From an uncultured Gemmatimonadales bacterium (lineage in GTDB: Bacteria; Gemmatimonadota; Gemmatimonadetes; Gemmatimonadales; Gemmatimonadaceae): a stretch of DNA of 64,000 nucleotides. Numbering within the stretch: position 1 is the stretch's first letter; each line of letters begins with the position of its first letter. Both the position numbers and the translations under genes were made by a program. A model generated the notes under the pieces. The model was not told the DNA's origin, did no database searches, and was given only the letters and a program-made list of their open reading frames with translations. The stretch lies in contig CAWKNZ010000002.1 of the NCBI GenBank assembly GCA_963851265.1, positions 576,001 to 640,000 on the forward strand. Reading direction: 5' to 3'. Of this stretch, positions 19,776 through 29,850 are shown piece by piece.

Positions 19776-20291
19776 CCGCCGGCGCACGCCCGTCTCGACG
19801 CGGCCCCCGCCGCCGAGGACGGCCAGGGTGAGCACGGTTCCCGAGAGCACTATCGCCCACGCCCCGACCCCCGCGGCCAGGCCGAGCCCGGCCGCGACCC
19901 AGATGGTCGTGGCGGTCGTGAGACCGCGCACCTCGCGCCGCTGGCGCGGTCGCGACCGGCCGGCGTCGGCGCCTGCGGGTGTCGCGCGAGCCCCGCGCGC
20001 GGCGCGCGGTGGTCGCACGGCGGGTGCGGGCTGTGGGTGCAGGATCACGCCCGCGCCGACGAAGCCGATCCCGGTGATCACGCCCTGCATCACGCGCGTG
20101 GCGCCGGCGGCGTCGGCCTGCGCGGCGGCGGCCGTGACGAGCGCCGCGCCTAACGCGACGAGCGCGTGCGTGCGCAGCCCGGCGGCCTTGCCGTGGAGGT
20201 TGCGGTTGACGCCTAGCGCCGCGCCGGCGAGCGTCGCGGCGGACAGCCGCGCGGCGATTTCGCCGAACGGCAGGAGACCGGACGCGATCAC
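19686..20291 (-). CDS. MgtC/SapB family membrane protein
   Basis: GAALGVNR...AGLRTHALVALG, GVITGIGFVGAGVI, GLTTATTIWVAAGLG; GTG overlaps DUF2252 stop. Confidence 0.85.
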   Translation of the reverse strand: MIASGLLPFGEIAARLSAATLAGAALGVNRNLHGKAAGLRTHALVALGAALVTAAAAQADAAGATRVMQGVITGIGFVGAGVILHPQPAPAVRPPRAARGARATPAGADAGRSRPRQRREVRGLTTATTIWVAAGLGLAAGVGAWAIVLSGTVLTLAVLGGGGRVETGVRRRLRRRRALQHHHRAGDEFGVRERQVHPHDT

Positions 20292-21409
20292 GGTGACGCG
20301 CTCACGGGTGCGACCCGCCATGCCGCCCAGTCGGCCCGCACCGCCTCCAGCATGTGCTCGGCCGAGTCGGCGAGCCAGTGCGCCCCGAGCGCATGGTCGG
20401 CGGCGCGCAGCTGCTCGGCGAGCACGCGCGGCGCGGTTCCGCCGAGGTGGACGTTCGCGGTCTCCCACCCCATCGCGTGCAGCAGGTGCCGCTCGTCGCG
20501 GCGCCGCGGAAGCTCGGCGAGGTCGAAGCGGCGCATGTCGGGCGCGAGGCGGCGCACGATCCACCGGCGCCGCGCGCGGTAGAACGGATCGACGCACCGC
20601 ACCGCGCCCTCGACCGTCTCGCGGATGCGAACGTCCGCCGCGCGCGGCGCGGACCCGGCGGCCCACGCGACCGCGCTCGGCGCGACGGCCTTCACCTCGC
20701 GCGCGATCCGCCCACCCTGCCACTGGGCGACGGCGACGAGCCGCGTGCGCCCGAGGCTCCCCACGCCAGCCACGCGCCGCGAGACGCGCGCGCGGAGTCC
20801 GCGCGCGGGCAGCGACGCGTCGAGCGCGCGGCACGCCCCGGGCGGCGGCCTGTCGTCCGCGGCGACTGCCGGGAGCGCGTCGAGCTTCGCCCAGAACGCT
20901 TCCGCGTCGGGCCGTTGCGCCTGCCACATCGCGCGGAGCCCCGAGTGCTGCTCCGCCAGCACGTACGGCATGCCGCCCGCGGCGAGCGCGTCGCGGTAGC
21001 CGCCGAGCACCGCGTCCGCCGCCGCCCGCGGGTCGCTCGCCAGCGCCTCGTGCTCGGCCGCGAGGTGCGCGCTCGCCGTTAGGCGCACGAGGTCGTGCGG
21101 CCAGGCGAGCGGCGCCGCCTCGTCGAAGTCGTTCACGCCCCACGCCAGCCGCCCCTCGGCGTCCCGCCACGTCCCGAAGTTCTCGACGTGCAGGTCGCCG
21201 ACGCTCGACACGCGGCGGAGTGCGGCGAGCTCGGGGCAGCGGCGCGGCCACCAGCTCGCCCAACGGTAGAACGTCGCCCGGAGGAACACGAACGGGCTCT
21301 CGCGCATGAGCGCGTGCTTGTGGACGAGGTCCGCCGCGATGAGGGGGGTGTAGCGGCCCAACCATGTTTCGTAGTCCGCGGTCGCGTCGCGGACGGTGCC
21401 AATTCCCAT
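20288..21409 (-). CDS. DUF2252-family (kinase-like fold) protein
   Basis: SPFVFLRATF, GDLHVENFG, VNDFDEA, RVAGVGSLG, EVKA. Confidence 0.8.
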   Translation of the reverse strand: MGIGTVRDATADYETWLGRYTPLIAADLVHKHALMRESPFVFLRATFYRWASWWPRRCPELAALRRVSSVGDLHVENFGTWRDAEGRLAWGVNDFDEAAPLAWPHDLVRLTASAHLAAEHEALASDPRAAADAVLGGYRDALAAGGMPYVLAEQHSGLRAMWQAQRPDAEAFWAKLDALPAVAADDRPPPGACRALDASLPARGLRARVSRRVAGVGSLGRTRLVAVAQWQGGRIAREVKAVAPSAVAWAAGSAPRAADVRIRETVEGAVRCVDPFYRARRRWIVRRLAPDMRRFDLAELPRRRDERHLLHAMGWETANVHLGGTAPRVLAEQLRAADHALGAHWLADSAEHMLEAVRADWAAWRVAPVSASP

Positions 21410-21507
21410 GACCGACGATGGCGACGGTGATCCGCGTGCGCCATCGTCTGGTACCGCTAACCTGCCGTTAAGGACGCGTCCGCCATGCGGGAACGGGCCC
21501 TACGGGG

Positions 21508-21666
21508 TCACGTCTTCGCCCAGTCCCCGGTGGCCTGCGACGCGGCGGTGCCGCAGCCGCAACCATCGCCACATCCGGCCTTGGCCGGGCGCAGCGTCTT
21601 CCACGCCCGCCGCGCGACGAAGGCGAAGGCGACGGCGACCACGAGTAGGATGATGAAGGTCTGCAT
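21508..21666 (-). CDS. FeoB-associated Cys-rich small membrane protein (52 aa; below the ORF-track cutoff)
   Basis: MQTFIILLVVAVAFAFVARRAWKTLRPAKAGCGDGCGCGTAASQATGDWAKT; AGGAG RBS; directly after feoB. Confidence 0.85.
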   Translation of the reverse strand: MQTFIILLVVAVAFAFVARRAWKTLRPAKAGCGDGCGCGTAASQATGDWAKT

Positions 21667-21699
21667 GCGCGCGTGCTCCTGCGGTCGTGAAGGTTCCGG

Positions 21700-23934
21700 C
21701 TACCCGAGTCCGAGCAACCGCCCACCCTGATACACCACGAACGCGGCGACCCAGGCGAGGGCGAGCATGTAGCCGAACTGCACCGCCGCCCAGCGCCATC
21801 CGGCCGAGCCGCCGCCGGTCTCGCGCACGGTCACCGCCACCGTGCTCATGCACATGAGCGCGTACACGTAGAACACCATCAACCCGATGGCGACGAGCGG
21901 CGTGTACACCGCACGCCCGGTGTGCGGGTCGCGGTCGGCGCGCAGCCGGTCGCGCAGCGCGGCGTCGACCTTGCCCGAGCCGTCGTCCTCGCCCACGCCG
22001 TAGATCGTGCCCATCGTCGAGACGAAGACCTCGCGGGCGGCGAAGCTCGCGGCGATCGACACGCCGATCTTCCAGTCGTAGCCGAGCGGCCGCACCGCGG
22101 GCTCGATCGCGTGGCCGATGCGGCCGAGCGCGGAGTGTTCGAGCTGCGCCTCCTTGCGCGCCGGCTCGGGAAGGCGCGCGTCGGCCGCGGAGCGGGGGTA
22201 AGTCGCCGCAGCCCACAGCACCACGGAGAGCGCGAGGATGACCGTGCCCGCGCGCTGCAGGAAGAGGCGCGCGCGCCCCGTGACCGAGATGGCGAGGCTC
22301 TTCACGCTCGGCCAGCGGTAGGGCGGCAGTTCGAGGATCATCGGGCGCACGGGGCCGCGCAGGAGCGTGCGCTTGAAGAGCGCCGCCGCGCCGAGCGCCG
22401 TGACCGTGCCGAGGAGGTACATCGCGAGCATCGTCGCGCCCTGCAGCGTGAGCACGCCGCCGAGGATCGCGGCCGGCGGCACGAACGCGCCGATGAGCAG
22501 CGTGTACACGGGCAGCCGCGCCGAGCAGCTCATGAGCGGCACGACCATGATCGTGGCGAGTCGGTCCTTCTCGTGCTCGACCGTGCGCGCGGCCATGATG
22601 CCGGGCACCGCGCACGCGTAGCCCGAGAGCATCGGGATGAAGCTCTTGCCGTGCAGCCCCACGCGCCGCATCACGCCGTCCATGAGGAACGCGGCGCGCG
22701 CCATGTACCCCGTGTCTTCCAGCACGCCGATGAACAGGAAGAGCATCGCGATCTGCGGCAGGAAGACGATCACGCTCCCGACGCCCGCGATGACGCCGTC
22801 GACGACGAGCGACCGCAGGTCGCCCGGCGGCATGAAGCTGCTCACCGTGTTGCCGATCCACCCGACGGCCGCCTGCATCGCGTCGCCCATCGGGCGCGCG
22901 ACCGAGAACACCGACTGGAACACGAGCGCCATCGTGACGAGGAAGAGCACCCACCCCCACACGCGGTGGAGCGCGACGGCGTCGAGGCGGTCCATCACCG
23001 TGCGGCCGCGCCGCGGCGTGCGCACCACCGCGCGCGCGAGCACTCCGCCGATCCAGCCGTAGCGCAGCTCGGCCTCGACGCGCTCCGGGGCGAGCCCCTC
23101 GGTGCGGAGCGCGGCGCGCGCCCCGTCGAGCGCGTCGAGCAGGCCCGGGACGGCGGCGAGGTGCGACTCCGGGATCGCGATGCCCAACAGGCGCAGCGCC
23201 TCCATCCCGGCCGGCGCGGGCGCGAAGCCCGCGCCGCGCAGACACGCCTCCACCGGCGCGAGCGCGGCGGCCACGGGCCCCGGCAACAGGAACTGGCGCC
23301 CCGAGCGCGGCAGCGTCGCGGCCCCGGCGATCGCGCGCTTGAGTTGCTCGACCCCCTCGCCGCGCTTGGCGACCGTCGGGATCACGGTCGCGCCCAGCTC
23401 GTGGATCAATTCGGGGACGTCGACGGTCACGCCCGCGGCGAGGGCCGCGTCGATCTGGTTGAGGGCGACGACCACGGGCAGCCCGAGCTCGAGCACCTGG
23501 CTCAGGAGAAACAGGTTACGCTCGAGGTGCTGTGCGTCGGCGACGACGACCACGACGTCGGGCACCGGCACGTCGCGCCCGCGGCCGAGCAGCACTTCGA
23601 GCGCGATGCGTTCGTCGGGCGATCCCGCCGACAGCGAGTAGCTGCCCGGCAGGTCGAGCACGCTCACGCGACGGTCGTCGGCGTTGCGGTAGTGCCCTTC
23701 GCTGCGTTCGACGGTCACGCCGGCGAAGTTGCCGACCTTCTGGCGCAGCCCCGTCAGCGCGTTGAAGAGGGTCGTCTTTCCCGTGTTCGGGTTGCCGATC
23801 AGGGCGACGCGGAGCGGGGCGGCGTTCGTCGGTGCGCCCGCGGATCCGGTCCCGGCGGCCGGCACCCGGCCGGTCCGACGACCTGCGAGGGGCGCGTCGG
23901 CCGCGCCCGGCGCCGTGGGCGCGGGCGAGGGCAT
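21700..23934 (-). CDS. feoB: Ferrous iron transporter B
   Basis: GNPNTGKT, GVTVE, DLPGSYS, LEDTGYMARAAF, PLMSCSARLPVY, ELPPYR, AREVFVS. Confidence 0.96.
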   Translation of the reverse strand: MPSPAPTAPGAADAPLAGRRTGRVPAAGTGSAGAPTNAAPLRVALIGNPNTGKTTLFNALTGLRQKVGNFAGVTVERSEGHYRNADDRRVSVLDLPGSYSLSAGSPDERIALEVLLGRGRDVPVPDVVVVVADAQHLERNLFLLSQVLELGLPVVVALNQIDAALAAGVTVDVPELIHELGATVIPTVAKRGEGVEQLKRAIAGAATLPRSGRQFLLPGPVAAALAPVEACLRGAGFAPAPAGMEALRLLGIAIPESHLAAVPGLLDALDGARAALRTEGLAPERVEAELRYGWIGGVLARAVVRTPRRGRTVMDRLDAVALHRVWGWVLFLVTMALVFQSVFSVARPMGDAMQAAVGWIGNTVSSFMPPGDLRSLVVDGVIAGVGSVIVFLPQIAMLFLFIGVLEDTGYMARAAFLMDGVMRRVGLHGKSFIPMLSGYACAVPGIMAARTVEHEKDRLATIMVVPLMSCSARLPVYTLLIGAFVPPAAILGGVLTLQGATMLAMYLLGTVTALGAAALFKRTLLRGPVRPMILELPPYRWPSVKSLAISVTGRARLFLQRAGTVILALSVVLWAAATYPRSAADARLPEPARKEAQLEHSALGRIGHAIEPAVRPLGYDWKIGVSIAASFAAREVFVSTMGTIYGVGEDDGSGKVDAALRDRLRADRDPHTGRAVYTPLVAIGLMVFYVYALMCMSTVAVTVRETGGGSAGWRWAAVQFGYMLALAWVAAFVVYQGGRLLGLG

Positions 23935-23936
23935 GG

Positions 23937-24350
23937 TCAGCGCGCGGGCGCTGCGGCCGGCGTGGTCGTGCCGAGCGCGCCGCCGTCGATCGGGCGAACG
24001 GTGATACCCGTCCCGAGGGCGCGACCCAGCGCGATGCGGGTGCCGCGCACCTCGATGAGCACCGCGTTGCGCGCATCGACGACGTTCACGTGGGCGCCTT
24101 CGCAGAGCCCGATGGCGCGGAGGCGGCACGCCTCCTGATCGCCGCAACGCACTTCCATCACCATCGCCCACGAGCCCGCGCGACAGCTCGCGAGCGTGCA
24201 CGCGCCGCCGGCCGGAGCGGACTCGGTTGCCGACATGTCGACGACCGGCAGTGCGCGACGTGGCCGGCGGTCCTGCGAGCGACGAAAGAGGTTCAGCACG
24301 GACGGGTGCGGCGGAAGAGCGACGCCTCGCGAGTGCGGGGCGGGTCGCAT
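23937..24350 (-). CDS. feoA: FeoA (SH3-like) protein; alternative start at 24236
   Basis: RLRAIGLCEGAHV...IEVRGTRIALG; immediately upstream of feoB. Confidence 0.85.
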   Translation of the reverse strand: MRPAPHSRGVALPPHPSVLNLFRRSQDRRPRRALPVVDMSATESAPAGGACTLASCRAGSWAMVMEVRCGDQEACRLRAIGLCEGAHVNVVDARNAVLIEVRGTRIALGRALGTGITVRPIDGGALGTTTPAAAPAR

Positions 24351-24356
24351 GTACGC

Positions 24357-24385
24357 AATCTGACGGCCGGCGACAATCCCGTCAA
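24357..24385 (-). promoter_or_regulatory. Sigma-70-type promoter of the feo operon
   Basis: TTGACG-N17-CAGATT; ATG 24350 lies 6 nt after the -10. Confidence 0.65.
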
Positions 24386-24439
24386 TCGGGTTCGGAATTC
24401 TGCGGCGTGGCTGTGGCGATTCGCCGGCCGGCGCTACCG

Positions 24440-25303
24440 TCAGGCCGCGAGCGGCTCCGACATCGGCTCGGCGTACACGCCGGGGCGGCCGGGACCGGGG
24501 GCGCGGCGCAGCTGCATCAGCGTCACGCCGACGAGCACGACGAGCACCGAGATCCCCTGCGCCGTGGTGAACGGGCCGAGAAAGCGGTCGTCCTTGGCGC
24601 GGAAGAACTCGACGATGAACCGCTCGACGCCGGCCAGCACGCAGTAGAGCCCGAACAGCCAGCCCTCGGCGTGCCGGTGACCGCGGAAACGCCAGAGCAC
24701 GGCGAACATGAGGAGCCCCATCGTCACCTCGTAGAGCTGCGTGGGGTGCACCCCGATCACGGCATCCGGGGGAGTGCCGGGGGGAAGGTGCGCGCCGAAC
24801 ATCTGCGTCATGGTCGCGGCGGTGCTGGGCGGCGCACCATTGGGGAACGAGACCGCGAGCGGGCCGTCCCACGGGCGCCCGTAGTCGTCGCCCACCGCCC
24901 AGCACCCCGTACGCCCCACCGCGTAGCCGGCCGCTATCGCGATTCCCGCGACGTCCGCGTAGCGCGCGAACGACAACCGCTTGAAGCGCACGGTCGCGTA
25001 GCAGAGCGCCACCGACCCGATGAAGCCACCCCAGAACACGAACCCGCCGCGGCTGAACAGCGCGTGCCAGTCGCGCATGAGGACGACGTAGTAGAGCTTC
25101 GCGCCGATCATCGTGCCGAGTAGCGCGGCCAGCACGATGTCCGGGGCGGACGCGGCGTGGTCGAGGTGTCCGCGGCGCGTGAGTTCGCGCACGACGATCA
25201 CCTGCGAGATCGCGAACGCGGCGAGCACCGCGAGCCCGAACCCGGTGAACTGGAGCGGCCCGACGTTGAACTGGAACGGTTGGGCGACGATCGGATGAGG
25301 CAT
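24440..25303 (-). CDS. lgt: Prolipoprotein diacylglyceryl transferase
   Basis: GAKLYYV, GGFVFWGG, GRTGCWAVGDDYG, HPTQLYE, RFIVEFFR. Confidence 0.92.
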   Translation of the reverse strand: MPHPIVAQPFQFNVGPLQFTGFGLAVLAAFAISQVIVVRELTRRGHLDHAASAPDIVLAALLGTMIGAKLYYVVLMRDWHALFSRGGFVFWGGFIGSVALCYATVRFKRLSFARYADVAGIAIAAGYAVGRTGCWAVGDDYGRPWDGPLAVSFPNGAPPSTAATMTQMFGAHLPPGTPPDAVIGVHPTQLYEVTMGLLMFAVLWRFRGHRHAEGWLFGLYCVLAGVERFIVEFFRAKDDRFLGPFTTAQGISVLVVLVGVTLMQLRRAPGPGRPGVYAEPMSEPLAA

Positions 25304-25312
25304 GCGAGGAAG

Positions 25313-26383
25313 CTAGTGCGGGCGGAGCCCGGGGATCGGCAGCGACGCGTGCGCGCCGAGCCCGAGGCCGGCCACGTCCCCGCGCGCGAGGCGGAACTGC
25401 CCGGCGCGCGCGATCATCGCGGCGTTGTCGGTGGCGAGGCGCGGCGAGGGCGCGTACACCCGTGCGCCGCGCGGCCCGAGCCGCGCGCCCATCGCCCGCA
25501 CGAGCGCGCCGTTGCACGCGACGCCGCCGCCGAGCACCACGCGCGTGCGCCCGAACGCGCGGGCCGCGCGGTACGTCTTCTCGACCAGCGTCTCGACGAG
25601 CGCGTCCTGGAACCCGCGCGCGATGCCCGCACGCTCCGCGTCGAGCGTGCCGCGGGCCTCCGCCGCGCGCACCGCGTGCAGCACCGCGGTCTTGAGGCCG
25701 CTGAACGACACGTCGTAGTAGTCGGGGTCGTCGGGCTGCTGGTTGGCGCGCAGCATCGGGCGCGGGAAACGCGGTCCCGCGTCAGCTGCACCCCCGGCGG
25801 CGGCCAGGCGCTCGACGTGGCGCCCGCCGGGGTAGGGAAGCCCGAGCAGTTTGGCGACCTTGTCGAACGCCTCGCCCGCGGCATCGTCGCGCGTGGCGCC
25901 GAGCAGCGTGTACTCGCCCCACGCCGCGACGTCGAGGAGCAGCGTGTGCCCGCCCGAGACGAGCAGCGCGGTGAACGGCGGTTCGGCCTCGGGGTGCTCG
26001 AGCGCCGTCGCGAACAGGTGCCCTTCCATGTGGTGCACGGGCACGAGCGGCACGCCGAGCGTGTAGGCGAGCGCCTTCGCGTAGCTCACGCCCACCAGCA
26101 GCGCGCCGACGAGCCCGGGCGCGTGGGTGACCGCGACCGCGCCCACGTCGCGCACCGCAAGGCCGGCGTCGGCCAGGGTGCGCTCGACGACAGGCACTAC
26201 CGCGGTCAGGTGCGCGCGGCTCGCCAGCTCGGGGACGACGCCGCCGAAGATGCGGTGCACGTCCTGCGAGTAGATGACCAGCGAGCGGAGCGCCGGGCCC
26301 TCGACGACCGCGGCGGAGGTTTCGTCGCACGACGTCTCGATGCCGAGCACGCGGGTCGCGGCCGCGCCTGGCGCCGCGGTCAC
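25313..26383 (-). CDS. tsaD: tRNA N6-threonylcarbamoyltransferase
   Basis: LGIETSCDET, GGVVPELASRAH, HHMEGH, VSGGHT, DDAAGEAFDK, SFSGLKT, DNAAMI. Confidence 0.96.
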   Translation of the reverse strand: MTAAPGAAATRVLGIETSCDETSAAVVEGPALRSLVIYSQDVHRIFGGVVPELASRAHLTAVVPVVERTLADAGLAVRDVGAVAVTHAPGLVGALLVGVSYAKALAYTLGVPLVPVHHMEGHLFATALEHPEAEPPFTALLVSGGHTLLLDVAAWGEYTLLGATRDDAAGEAFDKVAKLLGLPYPGGRHVERLAAAGGAADAGPRFPRPMLRANQQPDDPDYYDVSFSGLKTAVLHAVRAAEARGTLDAERAGIARGFQDALVETLVEKTYRAARAFGRTRVVLGGGVACNGALVRAMGARLGPRGARVYAPSPRLATDNAAMIARAGQFRLARGDVAGLGLGAHASLPIPGLRPH

Positions 26384-26736
26384 GGGCGGTCGCCGACGGT
26401 CACGCCGCGCACCGCGAGCCCCGAGAGGCCGCGCGGGAGGATCACGTCTTCGGGACGCGGCGTGGCCGAGCGGGGCCCCGCGGCCGCGGCACGCGCGCGC
26501 AGCACCGGTGGCCGCACGGCGAGCAGGGCGATCGTCCCCGCGGCGCCGTCGACGAGCGCATACACGCCCCCCGCGGCCGCGTACGCGCCGGCCGTGCGCC
26601 CGAACACGCGCACCGGCACGTACGCGCGCGCCGGCTCCAGCGCGCGCACGAACAGCCAGAGCGCGACCGCGACCACCGCGCCCGCGAGCTTCTGCGGCAC
26701 GTGCCGCGCGTACCATGCGTTAGGCGGCGTCGCCAC
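26380..26736 (-). CDS. Small membrane-anchored protein, possibly a reduced YbbR/CdaR-like protein
   Basis: KLAGAVVAVALWLFV N-terminal helix; stop overlaps tsaD start. Confidence 0.5.
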   Translation of the reverse strand: MATPPNAWYARHVPQKLAGAVVAVALWLFVRALEPARAYVPVRVFGRTAGAYAAAGGVYALVDGAAGTIALLAVRPPVLRARAAAAGPRSATPRPEDVILPRGLSGLAVRGVTVGDRP

Positions 26737-26757
26737 GGGCCGGTCGTCCGCCGCGGG

Positions 26758-27342
26758 TCAGCGCGCGCCCGACTCGTCGAGCAGCCGGCCGATGAGCGCG
26801 CGGTTCTCGGGCGAGTTCCAGTCCTGCGCGTACGCCTTCTTGCGCACCACGCCGTCGGTGCCGATCACGAAATTCTCGGGCACGCCGGTCGACTGGTAGA
26901 CCTTCTGGATCGTCCCCGCCGAGTCGTGCAGCACGTCGTAGGTGACGTGGTACGGGGCGAGAAATTCGCGGATCTTCTTGGGCGCGTCGGCGCCCTCGTC
27001 CACGCTCACGGCGACGATCTTGAAGCCGCGCGGCGCGAAGTCGCGGTAGAGCGCCTCCAGGCTCGGGATCTCCTCGCGGCAGGGCGCGCACCACGTCGCC
27101 CAGATGTTGACCAGCACCACCTGCCCGCGGTAGTCCGCGAGCCCGCGCACGCCCGACGCCGGGCGCGCCGCGGCGCCGCGCGCGTCCGAGGTCTGCACGG
27201 CGTTCGCCGTGAACGCGGGCGCGGGGCCGCCGACGCTCACCGGGAAGAGTTCCTCGCCTAACGTACGCGAGGCGACCCAGAGGCCGCCGCCCAGGAGCGC
27301 GACGATCGCGGCGATGATGGTCCACTGCTGCCGTACCGTCAC
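26758..27342 (-). CDS. TlpA/ResA-like thiol-disulfide reductase
   Basis: N-terminal anchor; VNIWATWCAPCREEIP, AVSVD, GVPENFVI. Confidence 0.92.
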   Translation of the reverse strand: MTVRQQWTIIAAIVALLGGGLWVASRTLGEELFPVSVGGPAPAFTANAVQTSDARGAAARPASGVRGLADYRGQVVLVNIWATWCAPCREEIPSLEALYRDFAPRGFKIVAVSVDEGADAPKKIREFLAPYHVTYDVLHDSAGTIQKVYQSTGVPENFVIGTDGVVRKKAYAQDWNSPENRALIGRLLDESGAR

Positions 27343-28016
27343 GCGATCGCCTCGGTCGCGCGGGCCGCGGCGTCGCGCAGCGCGTGCAGCGCCGCGGCCG
27401 GGTCGGCCGCGGCGAACACGGCGTTGCCGGCGACGAAGGTGTCGGCCCCCGCGCGGCGGCAGCGCGCGATCGTGTCGGGCGCGATGCCGCCGTCGACCTC
27501 GAGGTGCGCCGCGCTGCGCGCCGCGTCCAGCAGCTGTCGCGCGCGCGCGATCTTTCCCTCTGTGTAGCCGATGAACTTCTGCCCGCCGTAGCCCGGGTTC
27601 ACCGTCATCACGAGCAGCAGGTCCAACTCGCCGACCACCTCGCTCACGTGCGCGAGCGGCGTGGCCGGGTTGAGTGCGACGCCCGCGCGGCAGCCGGCCT
27701 CGTGAATGTGCGCGAGCTGGCGGTCGAGGTGCGGCACCGCCTCGGCGTGGATCGTCATGCCGGTCGCGCCGGCCGCGGCGAACTCGTCGAAGTAGCGTTC
27801 GGGGAACTCCACCATCATGTGCACGTCGATCGGCAGCGCGGTCGAGCGGCGCACGGCGTCGATGACCTTGACGCCGAAGCTGAGGTTCGGGACGAAATGC
27901 CCGTCCATCACGTCGACGTGGATCTGGTCGGCGCCGCCGGCCTCGACGCGCGCGATCTCGTCGGCGAGACGGGCGAAGTCGGCGGCGAGGACGGAGGGGG
28001 CGAGGCGGATGGACAC
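27339..28016 (-). CDS. rpe: Ribulose-phosphate 3-epimerase
   Basis: APSVLAADF, HVDVMDGHFVPN, MTVNPGYGGQ, VDGGI. Confidence 0.96.
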   Translation of the reverse strand: MSIRLAPSVLAADFARLADEIARVEAGGADQIHVDVMDGHFVPNLSFGVKVIDAVRRSTALPIDVHMMVEFPERYFDEFAAAGATGMTIHAEAVPHLDRQLAHIHEAGCRAGVALNPATPLAHVSEVVGELDLLLVMTVNPGYGGQKFIGYTEGKIARARQLLDAARSAAHLEVDGGIAPDTIARCRRAGADTFVAGNAVFAAADPAAALHALRDAAARATEAIA

Positions 28017-28099
28017 GGAGAGGGCGGTGCGGTTGACGGAAGATCGGTCGCGGCGGTCGCGACGACGGCACGCGGCCACGCCGCGTCGGTCCTACCCCG

Positions 28100-28429
28100 C
28101 TACGGCTGCGCCGCCACCACGATGGTGACCGTCGCCCCGCGCGGCTTCTGCGTGGTGGGCGCGGGCGACTGGTCGAGCACGGTCCCGGCCGGAACCGACG
28201 CGTTCACGCGCGGCGTGCCGGTCTGCGGATCGAACCCCGCCGCGCGCAGCGTCGACTCGGCGTCGTCCACCAGCTGCCCACGCACGTCGGGCACGGGACG
28301 GTCGTCGGGTACGAGGCGCGTCGGGAAGACGAACAGATACACCAGCACGTACGCCAGCAGGAACCCCGATGCCGCGACGATCGCATAGGGGATCGACCCG
28401 CGGACGGCGCTCCGAAACCCTCCGCTCAC
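28100..28429 (-). CDS. Single PASTA-domain membrane protein
   Basis: TM helix then VPDVRG...AESTLRAAGF...GTVLDQSP...VTIVV. Confidence 0.8.
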   Translation of the reverse strand: MSGGFRSAVRGSIPYAIVAASGFLLAYVLVYLFVFPTRLVPDDRPVPDVRGQLVDDAESTLRAAGFDPQTGTPRVNASVPAGTVLDQSPAPTTQKPRGATVTIVVAAQP

Positions 28430-29850
28430 GCGGCCTCACCCGCGACCGCCCCCGCGCGCCGCAGCCGCGCCGCGAACGCGCCGTCCACGCCGTGCCGCTG
28501 CGGCAGCACGCGCAGCCGTCCGGCGTCGAGCACCGCGTCGGGCACCACGCCCGCCGGGGGCGGCTCGAGCGTCCACTCGCCCGCGTGCTCGCCGAGGAAG
28601 CGGTCGACCACGCCGTCGTTCTCCTCGGCTTCGATCGAACAGGTCGAGTACACGAGCAGCCCGCCCGGCCGCACGAGCGCCGCGGCCGCGCGTACGATCG
28701 CGTGCTGCGTCGCGCTCGTCACCGCCACGTTGGAGGGCTTGAGGCGCCAGCGCGCGTCGGGGTGCCGGCGGAACGTGCCCGTGCCCGTGCACGGCGCGTC
28801 GACCAGCACGCCGTCGACCGCCCGCAGCGGCGCGTCGAGCACGTCGCCGGCGTACGGAAACACGTTCGACGCGCCGAGGCGCACGAGGTTGGCCCGCACG
28901 CGCGCGAGGCGAGGCGGCGAGCGGTCGCCCGCGTAGACGGCCGCGGCCGTCCGCGCGAGTTCGAGCGCCTTCCCGCCCGGCGCGGCGCACACGTCGGCCA
29001 CGTGCGCGCCGCGAGGGAACGCGGCGTACAGCGTGACGAACGTCGATGCCGGGTCCTGGACGTGCAGGTGTTGGCCGAGCGCGGGGCCGCCCGCGTCGGC
29101 GTCGCGCCCGATACGTGGCCCGATCAGCGAGCCGATGCCCGAGCCGCGGGCGAGCCGCACGCTGTCGGCGGGCCACGCGGCGCCGGGCGGGGGCGCTTCG
29201 GTGGCCACGCCCGCCGCGTGCAGCTCCTCGATCAGCGCCGCCGCACTCACGCCGTAGGGCCGCGCGACGACGGGCGCCTCGCCGTTGTTCGCGCGGAGCA
29301 GCGCGGCGGTGGCGTCCACGCCCCAGCGCTCGGCCCAACGCGTGACGAGCCAGAGCGGGTGCGAGAACTCGAGCGCGAGCCGCTCGAGCGGGTCGTCGGG
29401 CATCGCGACCGGCGGCGCTCCGTCCGGCCCGCGCTCGCGGTCCACGCGGCGCAGCACGGCGTTGGTCAGCGCGGCCGCGCCGTGCCCGGCGCGCGCCTTC
29501 GCCAGCTCGACCGTCTCGCCGATCGCGGCGTACGCGGGCACGCTCGTCATCCCGACGAGCTGGTAGACGCCGAGCCGCAGCAGGTCGACCACGTCGGGGT
29601 CGAGGCGCAGCAGTCCGCCGCGCACGCGGTCGGTGAGGATGGCGTCGAGCCACGCGCGTCGACGGAGCGTGCCCCACACCAGCTCCTGCAGCCAGCGGCG
29701 GTCGCGCGCGTCGAGCGCGACGGCGCGGCGTTCGAACGCGGCGTCCAACAACAACCCCTCGCCCAGGTCGGCGAGGATCGCGGCGGCAGCGACGCGCGAC
29801 GGCGTGACCGCGAGGCGGCGCCCCCCGGCGACCGACGCGCGCGCGGTCAC
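28426..29850 (-). CDS. rsmB: 16S rRNA m5C967 methyltransferase (Sun)
   Basis: NusB-like N-terminus ([14 protein letters not shown]), [30 protein letters not shown]. Confidence 0.93.
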   Translation of the reverse strand: MTARASVAGGRRLAVTPSRVAAAAILADLGEGLLLDAAFERRAVALDARDRRWLQELVWGTLRRRAWLDAILTDRVRGGLLRLDPDVVDLLRLGVYQLVGMTSVPAYAAIGETVELAKARAGHGAAALTNAVLRRVDRERGPDGAPPVAMPDDPLERLALEFSHPLWLVTRWAERWGVDATAALLRANNGEAPVVARPYGVSAAALIEELHAAGVATEAPPPGAAWPADSVRLARGSGIGSLIGPRIGRDADAGGPALGQHLHVQDPASTFVTLYAAFPRGAHVADVCAAPGGKALELARTAAAVYAGDRSPPRLARVRANLVRLGASNVFPYAGDVLDAPLRAVDGVLVDAPCTGTGTFRRHPDARWRLKPSNVAVTSATQHAIVRAAAALVRPGGLLVYSTCSIEAEENDGVVDRFLGEHAGEWTLEPPPAGVVPDAVLDAGRLRVLPQRHGVDGAFAARLRRAGAVAGEAA

